Part shown: positions 58,042-64,000 of the stretch, in pieces
Position numbering within the stretch: position 1 is the first letter of the stretch
Layout: every line of letters starts with the position of its first letter
Assembly (NCBI GenBank): GCA_965223855.1
Contig: CBDCXM010000009.1
Coordinates: 480,001 to 544,000 of the forward strand
DNA length: 64,000 bases
From: Candidatus Multivoradales bacterium
GTDB taxonomy: Bacteria; Acidobacteriota; Thermoanaerobaculia; Multivoradales; JAHEKO01
Direction of reading: 5' to 3'
Translations under genes and position numbers: made by a program
Notes under the pieces: generated by a model
The model's database searches: none
Told to the model about the DNA's origin: nothing
Seen by the model: the letters and a program-made list of their open reading frames with translations, nothing else

Positions 58042-59418
58042 ATGTCTGAGAGCTCCGTGGGAGCGACCTCGTTGGAAGGGATGAGGGTAGAGGGCGACGT
58101 CTGCGTCGTCGGAGCGGGCGTCACCGCCGACGCGATCACGGCAGAGCTCGCCGGCGGCGGCCTAGCGGTCGTCGTCCTGGCACCGCCGGCCTCCGGCAGC
58201 GACGCGGGCGACGAGAATCTGCGAGAGCTCTACCGGCCGCACGCGCCGTACCTGGCGGGCCTGCGGCGCGCCCGTGAACCCACGCTCCCGCTGTGCGTCG
58301 CCCTGCCACCCACCGAGCGGCGGCCACGCCCGTGGGTCGAAGACAGCGGCTGGCCCGAGGAGCTCGAGCTCGAGCCCTGGCTGCGGGCCGCACGCGATGC
58401 GTGGGGCACCGTGACAGCCACGGCTTCGGTCGATACAGGTCTCTTCGGGAAGCCGCCGGCCTTCGAGTCGTCGCCAGTCGACACGGCCACCGTCGCCAAT
58501 CCATGGTCGGCGAAGGACGGCGGCACCGACTCTCCCCGCGTCCTCGCCGACGCCAGCGTCGAAGGGTGGGCGCTCGACGAACCCGGCACGACGGTTCGCG
58601 AGCTGCTCGTCCGGCGCGCCGACGGCTCCCGGCTCGCGGTCTCCGCGCGCCGCTTCGTGCTGGCCGCCGGCGCGATCGACAACGCCCGTCTGCTGCTGCT
58701 GGCGGACCGCGAGCGCCCGGGCAGTCTCGGCAACTCGCACGACCTCGTCGGCCGCTTCTTTCAAGACGCCATCACCTGCCCGATCGGCACCCTGATGGGG
58801 CGTGCACCCGACCCGATCGGCGACGCGCTCCCCGGCGGTTGGTGGCTGCCGGCGTCATGGCTGCAGGAGCGGCATGAGCTCCTCTCCTCGCGCCTGGCCC
58901 TGGAGACGTTCGACGGACCGCCCCCCGGCCTGAGCGCCGAGATCGGCGCCTACCTGGGCGACGAACGCGCCTGGCAGCACCTGGCGACGCTGACGGTCGA
59001 GACGCCGCCTCGCCGGGAGCATCGGGTACGGCTGGCCGACACCGTCGATGAAGCCGGTGTGCCGCTACCTCGCCTCGACTGGCACGATCACGAGTACCCG
59101 ACCTGGACGCTGCGCGCCACCGGCCATCGACTGGCGGAGACGGTCGGCGGGGCGGGAGCGGCGCGGCTGCGGATGCCCCGTATCCGGGGACTGCCTCGTC
59201 ACGCCATGCCGATGAGCCAGCCGGGAGGCACCACACGGATGAACGCCGACCCACGGCGCGGCGTCGTCGATCTCGACGGTCTCGTCCACACGACGACCAA
59301 CCTGTACGTCGCCGGTGCCAGCGTCTTTCCGACCCTCGGTTGCCTGCCGCCGCAACTCACCTCGACCGCACTGACGCTGCGTCTCGCCGACCACCTCCGG
59401 CGCGCGATCGGTGCCTGA
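58042..59418 (+). CDS. GMC oxidoreductase-like protein (degenerate motifs)
   Basis: DVCVVGAG, LAAGAIDNARLLL, GTTRM, NLYVAGASVFPT. Confidence 0.8.
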   Translation: MSESSVGATSLEGMRVEGDVCVVGAGVTADAITAELAGGGLAVVVLAPPASGSDAGDENLRELYRPHAPYLAGLRRAREPTLPLCVALPPTERRPRPWVEDSGWPEELELEPWLRAARDAWGTVTATASVDTGLFGKPPAFESSPVDTATVANPWSAKDGGTDSPRVLADASVEGWALDEPGTTVRELLVRRADGSRLAVSARRFVLAAGAIDNARLLLLADRERPGSLGNSHDLVGRFFQDAITCPIGTLMGRAPDPIGDALPGGWWLPASWLQERHELLSSRLALETFDGPPPGLSAEIGAYLGDERAWQHLATLTVETPPRREHRVRLADTVDEAGVPLPRLDWHDHEYPTWTLRATGHRLAETVGGAGAARLRMPRIRGLPRHAMPMSQPGGTTRMNADPRRGVVDLDGLVHTTTNLYVAGASVFPTLGCLPPQLTSTALTLRLADHLRRAIGA

Positions 59419-59431
59419 CATACTCCCGCGC

Positions 59432-59812
59432 ATGTCGCTCGACCGCCGTCAGCTGCTCCTCGGGGGCGCCACCGGGCTCGGCCTGCTGGTCGTCGGCGGC
59501 TGCCGGCGGGAGCCGACCGAGCTGCTCATCGACGAGCTCGTCGATCTGGCGATCACTCGCGACAGCCTGCGCGCCATCGGCCGTGCCTATCTCGACGACC
59601 ACCAGCCCGGCACGCTCGAGAGCCTCGCCGCGCGGATGGCCGCCGACCTCAAGTGGCAGGGCCGCGGCGATACGAAGGTCCTGTCCGAGCGCCTGATCCG
59701 CCGCATCCGCGACGACTTCCGCGAATCGAAGACCGTTCGCGTGCGTGGCTGGGTACTGGCGGAGACCGAGGCTCGCTGGGCCGCGGTCGTCACGCTCGCC
59801 TCCCCCGGCTGA
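59432..59812 (+). CDS. Small Tat-exported hypothetical protein
   Basis: DRRQLL twin-arginine signal, GGC lipobox-like, GWVLAETEAR; start 59432 or 59411. Confidence 0.7.
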   Translation: MSLDRRQLLLGGATGLGLLVVGGCRREPTELLIDELVDLAITRDSLRAIGRAYLDDHQPGTLESLAARMAADLKWQGRGDTKVLSERLIRRIRDDFRESKTVRVRGWVLAETEARWAAVVTLASPG

Positions 59813-59854
59813 GCGGCCGCGTCGATGGCGCCCGGGAGGTAGAATCCCGCCTTC

Positions 59855-61210
59855 ATGGCTCCACAACGCTACGTGGTGATAGGGGCGGGGGAGGTCGGCT
59901 TCCACCTCGCTCGGTCGCTCTCCGGCGAAGGGCACGAAGTCACCGTCATCGAGATCGACGCCGCCAAGCGCGAGCGCATCGAGGAGGAGCTCGACGTCGA
60001 GGTGGTGGCGGGCAACGGCGCCCAGCCGCAGGTGCTCGCCGAGGCGGGCGTCGAGGCGTGCGACCTGCTGATGGCGGTGTCGTCGTCCGACGAGGCGAAC
60101 CTCGCGGCGGCTCACATCGCCAAGCATCTCGGCGCCAGCCGCACCGTGGTGCGGGTCGGCGAGGCGGACGAGGTGATCAGTGACCGGCGGCTGCTGGAAC
60201 AGGTGTTCGGGGTCGATCTGCTCCTGTCGACTCAGCTCCTGACGACGACGCGGATCCTCAACCTGATCCGCGGCCACAACACGATGGCGGTCGAGTACCT
60301 CGCCGGCGGCAAGGTGCAGTTGCGCAAGATCCGTCTCGACAGCGACTCGCCGCTGACGCAGAAGCCGCTGCGCGAGGTTTCACTCCCCAACGACAGTCTC
60401 GTCGTCGCCTACTTCCGCGGCAAAGAGCTGACGATCCCGTCGGGAGACGATCGGGCAGAACCGGGCGACGACGCACTCCTGCTCGGCACGACGGCGGTGA
60501 TCCGCGAAGCGGAACGGATGGTGTCGAGCAGCCAGGAGGTGGTCGGCACGGTGGTGATCGCCGGTGGCGGCCGTACCGGGCGCACAGTCGCCCGGGCGCT
60601 GCAGTCGTTCGACGCCAAGGTCAAGATCATCGAGCGCGATCGCAGCGATGCCGAGGAGCTGGCGGCGATGTTCCCCGCCTACCAGGTGCTCCATGGCGAC
60701 GCGACCGACTTCTCGCTGCTTCAGGCGGAGCGGATCGACCTCGCCAACATCTTCGTCGCCCTGACCGGCAACGACGAATCGAACCTGATGGCGTCGCTGC
60801 TGGCCCGCGATCTCGGCGTGCCGCGCGAGCTCGCGCTGGTGCACCGCGCCGAGACGTCGCACCTGTGGCGGCGGCTCGGACTGCATCACGTGTTCAGCCC
60901 GCGGGCGCTCGCCTATGCGCGGATTCGTGAGTACATCGACAGCGACTACAGCGCCAATATCGTGTCGCTCGAGCGCGGTGCCGCGCAGGTGATGGAGCGC
61001 CGCCTCGCCCCGGCGAGCCCGGTGGCCGGTGTCACTCTCGCCGAGCTCAAGCCGCCGAAGGGGCTGATCGTGGGCGCGGTCGTACGGGGCGAGAAGGTGT
61101 TCGTGCCCGACGGCAGTCACCGCCTCGAGGCGGGCGACCTGGTGATCCTCTTCGTTCAGGAAGAGGAGCTCGACACGGTCAAGCTGCTTTTCCCCGGTCC
61201 CGCGGCGTGA
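59855..61210 (+). CDS. trkA: Trk potassium uptake NAD-binding subunit
   Basis: Two RCK units (IGAGEVG; IAGGGRTG). Confidence 0.95.
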   Translation: MAPQRYVVIGAGEVGFHLARSLSGEGHEVTVIEIDAAKRERIEEELDVEVVAGNGAQPQVLAEAGVEACDLLMAVSSSDEANLAAAHIAKHLGASRTVVRVGEADEVISDRRLLEQVFGVDLLLSTQLLTTTRILNLIRGHNTMAVEYLAGGKVQLRKIRLDSDSPLTQKPLREVSLPNDSLVVAYFRGKELTIPSGDDRAEPGDDALLLGTTAVIREAERMVSSSQEVVGTVVIAGGGRTGRTVARALQSFDAKVKIIERDRSDAEELAAMFPAYQVLHGDATDFSLLQAERIDLANIFVALTGNDESNLMASLLARDLGVPRELALVHRAETSHLWRRLGLHHVFSPRALAYARIREYIDSDYSANIVSLERGAAQVMERRLAPASPVAGVTLAELKPPKGLIVGAVVRGEKVFVPDGSHRLEAGDLVILFVQEEELDTVKLLFPGPAA

Positions 61211-62655
61211 ACTTCCGCGCCGCCCTGCGGTTCCTGGGCCGCCTGATGCTGCTGCTGGCGGCGACGGAGCTCGTGCCCGCGGTGTGCGCCGCCTTCTACC
61301 GCGACTGGTCGGACGTGACCGCGTTCGTCATCGGCGCGCTGCTGACCGCCGTCTGCGGGGCGGTGCTCGCTTTCGTCGGCCGCTCGGCAGGCCAGGTCTT
61401 CCGCCGCGAGGGGATCCTCATCGTCGTCGGCGGCTGGGTGCTGGCGTCGATCTTCGGCGCCCTGCCGTACCTGCTGACCGGCACCTTCACCAACCCGATG
61501 GACGCGATGTTCGAGGCGGTGTCGGGCTTCACGACCACCGGCGCCTCGGTGATGACCGACATCGAGGCGCAGTCGCGGGCGATTCTCTTCTGGCGCTCGA
61601 TGACCCAGTGGCTGGGCGGGATGGGAATCATCGTTCTCTTCGTCGCCCTGCTGCCGGAGCTCGGGCCGGGGGCGCGCTTCCTCTACAAGCTCGAATCTCC
61701 CGGTCCGGCCGCCAAGTCGATCCAGCCCCGCATCCAGGACAGCGCGGCGATTCTGTGGAAGCTCTACCTGTCGCTCACGGTCGTGCAGACCGGGCTGCTG
61801 CTGGTGGCGGGGATGAACCTCTACGACGCCATCACCCACACCTTCTCGACGCTCTCGACCGGCGGATTCTCGCCGCGCAACGCCTCGGTGGCGGCGTTCG
61901 ACTCGGTCTGGGTGCACCTCATCATCATCGTCTTCATGGTGATCGCCGGCGCCAACTTCTCGCTCTTCTACGGCCTCAGGCTGCGGCGCAACTGGAAACT
62001 GTGGAAGGACACCGAGTTCCGGCTTTACGTGCAGATCGTCGCCGGCGCGACGCTCTTCGTCGCCATCAACCTGCTGGCCAACGGCACCTATGAGCGGCCG
62101 TTCCGGGCGCTCCTCGACTCGGCGTTCCAGGTCGCCTCGATCCTCACCACCACCGGGTTCGCGACCGCCGACTTCGACACCTGGCCGACGCTCAGCCGGC
62201 TCTTCCTCGTGACGCTGATGTTCGTCGGCGGCTGCGCCGGCTCGACTTCGGGCTCGATGAAGGTGATGCGGATGGTGATCGGGTTGCGCTACGCCGTGCG
62301 CGAAGCGAAGCTGATTTTCAGCCCCAATCAGGTGCTGCGGGTGTTCGTCGGCGGCAAGCCGGTGCCGGAGAACGTGGTGCGCAGCGTCGCCGGCTTCTTC
62401 ATCCTCTATCTGTCGACCTGGGCGCTGGGGGCGCTCCTGATCAGCGTCGGCGGCCCCGACATCGTCTCGACCGCCACGGCGTCGGCGGCGATGCTCGGCA
62501 ACATCGGACCGGGTCTCGGCGCCGTCGGGCCAACCCAGAACTTCAGCATCTTCGGCGACCCGCACAAGGCGCTCATGGTGCTGCTGATGCTGCTCGGCCG
62601 CCTCGAGGTCTACGCCATCGCCGCGCTTTTCACCCGCGCCTTCTGGAAGGCGTGA
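61207..62655 (+). CDS. trkH: Trk potassium uptake membrane subunit
   Basis: SGFTTTGA, STGGF, TTTGF, GGCAGSTSG, NIGPG, GRLE. Confidence 0.95.
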   Translation: MNFRAALRFLGRLMLLLAATELVPAVCAAFYRDWSDVTAFVIGALLTAVCGAVLAFVGRSAGQVFRREGILIVVGGWVLASIFGALPYLLTGTFTNPMDAMFEAVSGFTTTGASVMTDIEAQSRAILFWRSMTQWLGGMGIIVLFVALLPELGPGARFLYKLESPGPAAKSIQPRIQDSAAILWKLYLSLTVVQTGLLLVAGMNLYDAITHTFSTLSTGGFSPRNASVAAFDSVWVHLIIIVFMVIAGANFSLFYGLRLRRNWKLWKDTEFRLYVQIVAGATLFVAINLLANGTYERPFRALLDSAFQVASILTTTGFATADFDTWPTLSRLFLVTLMFVGGCAGSTSGSMKVMRMVIGLRYAVREAKLIFSPNQVLRVFVGGKPVPENVVRSVAGFFILYLSTWALGALLISVGGPDIVSTATASAAMLGNIGPGLGAVGPTQNFSIFGDPHKALMVLLMLLGRLEVYAIAALFTRAFWKA

Positions 62656-63611
62656 GCGAGGACCGGCAGACCGTCGCAGCCGGGCCGAGCCACCTTCTCT
62701 TTCCCGGGCCGCGGCCGCCGCTGACGCATCTGGGCGCCACGCTGCTGCGCCATGTCGTGCTGACGGGGCTGCGCTACACCGCCTACCATCTCGGGATGCC
62801 GATGCCGGTCAAGGCGCCGGTACGCATCCGCCACCTGAACCTGTCGTTCGACCCCGGCGCCCTCGAGCGGCTGCTCTCGGAGGCCAGGGGCGGGCGAGCG
62901 GTCGCCGGGGCGATCAGCGCGCCCGACGAGCCCGACGACGGCTCGGTGCGACCGAGCGGCGCCGCCTTCTTCCATCGCTGCCGGTTGCGCTGGTGGCGGC
63001 GGCGCCTGCCCGTCGTCGAGGCGCCGACCGTTGAGGCGACTACGGTCGAGCTCGAGAGTGCCTTCCGGCAGCAACTCGCCCGCTGCCTCCCGGCGCTCAA
63101 CGACGCCCTGCTCTCGGAGGTACTCGGGTCGCTGGCCCGGCGGCGGCGGCGGGCGCGGGGACCGCTGCCGCCGACGCGAGGCCCCGAAGCGACGGCGTTC
63201 GTCGGCGGGCGACAGACGAGGCTCGATCGCCTGGGGCCACCCGACCCCTACAGAGAATCGTGGGTGGACGGTGCGCCCACGACCGCAGCCGAGAGAAACG
63301 ACGACCCCGGCAGCGGCCACCGCGACGGGCGCGGCCGGTTCGCGGAGGCCTACCGTGCGGTGCTCGACCGGCTGCGACCGACGCTCCTGGCGCTCGGCCG
63401 CTCCTCCCATGCCGACGGCGTCGCCGGCCACCGCGACGACGTCTTCTTCCTCCCTTCCGACCTGATGGGCGACCTGACCCTGCCCTCAAAGCCCGGCTGG
63501 CTCGACGGCGCGGTGTTGCGCAATCGGGCCGAGTACTTCGGGCTCGTAGAGGCCGCGGACGAGACCACCCTCCGCGCCTGGGAGCTGGCGCCCCTTCATC
63601 CGCATGCCTGA
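62652..63611 (+). CDS. Hypothetical protein, weak resemblance to the helical region of PEP-utilising/rifampicin phosphotransferase-like enzymes
   Basis: GTGA overlap with trkH; LLALGR..G..DDVFFL..D..R-AEY segment. Confidence 0.55.
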   Translation: MSEDRQTVAAGPSHLLFPGPRPPLTHLGATLLRHVVLTGLRYTAYHLGMPMPVKAPVRIRHLNLSFDPGALERLLSEARGGRAVAGAISAPDEPDDGSVRPSGAAFFHRCRLRWWRRRLPVVEAPTVEATTVELESAFRQQLARCLPALNDALLSEVLGSLARRRRRARGPLPPTRGPEATAFVGGRQTRLDRLGPPDPYRESWVDGAPTTAAERNDDPGSGHRDGRGRFAEAYRAVLDRLRPTLLALGRSSHADGVAGHRDDVFFLPSDLMGDLTLPSKPGWLDGAVLRNRAEYFGLVEAADETTLRAWELAPLHPHA

Positions 63612-64000
63612 GGCTGCACCCCTCGAGGAGGCCCGCCTTCCCGAGCGGATGGACGATCCACGGCTGCCGCGCGCCGACACCGATCGCGCCCTCGCCGATC
63701 TCGACCGGGTCCATCGCTGGGTCGGGCACCGCGCCCTCTTGAGCGGTTTCGCCCGCGTCATGCGGGCCGGCCTCGGGGAGGGCCGCGTGCTCTTCGTCGG
63801 CAGCGGGAGCGGGGCGGTGGCGCGCGCGGTCGGGCGCTGGCTCGAAGGTCGCGGCCACACGCCGCGGGTGATCGAGCTCGATCGCAAGCTCCTGCACCTG
63901 ACCTACCGGCGAGCGGAGCGTCGCTCGAGGCTGGTCGTCGCCGATGCCCGCCGGCTGCCGTTCCGAGACGGCGCGATCGCCTTCGCGTCTTCGACGCTGC
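63604..64000 (+). CDS. SAM-dependent methyltransferase (partial, runs off window)
   Basis: Translated by hand: ERMDD, ALADLDRVHRWVG, VGSGSG, VADARRLPFRD. Confidence 0.8.
   Translation, partial: MPEAAPLEEARLPERMDDPRLPRADTDRALADLDRVHRWVGHRALLSGFARVMRAGLGEGRVLFVGSGSGAVARAVGRWLEGRGHTPRVIELDRKLLHLTYRRAERRSRLVVADARRLPFRDGAIAFASSTL

Overview
High-GC (roughly 70%, by eye) bacterial chromosomal window, probably from a diderm. The C-terminal FADGFESGD motif, the CHAT/ECF module and the SBBP proteins suggest Acidobacteriota (Thermoanaerobaculia-like); this is inference. From left to right it holds an S8 peptidase with a c-di-GMP/sigma-54 signalling cluster, an RND efflux operon whose TolC carries an extra periplasmic-binding-protein domain, and a cobalamin riboswitch with a btuBFDC operon. 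Next come housekeeping and secreted proteins, a CHAT protease/anti-sigma/ECF module and a LytS/LytTR pair with direct-repeat operator sites. An accessory region follows at about 45.1-53.7 kb, then a tRNA operon (Pro-Arg-His-Arg), a Ser/Thr kinase with a LysM-FecR partner, a GMC-like gene, trkAH and a partial methyltransferase. The most unusual feature is a HUH/Y1 (RAYT-like) transposase flanked by inverted ends that have been serially re-duplicated: 14-16-nt and 145-154-nt copies all restart at the same CCCCGAG terminus and join at CC dinucleotides, and one end appears to truncate a CHAT gene. Next to it is a complete 5.3-kb satellite-like integrative element in tRNA-Arg(CCG), with att repeats, candidate arm sites and candidate origin iterons.
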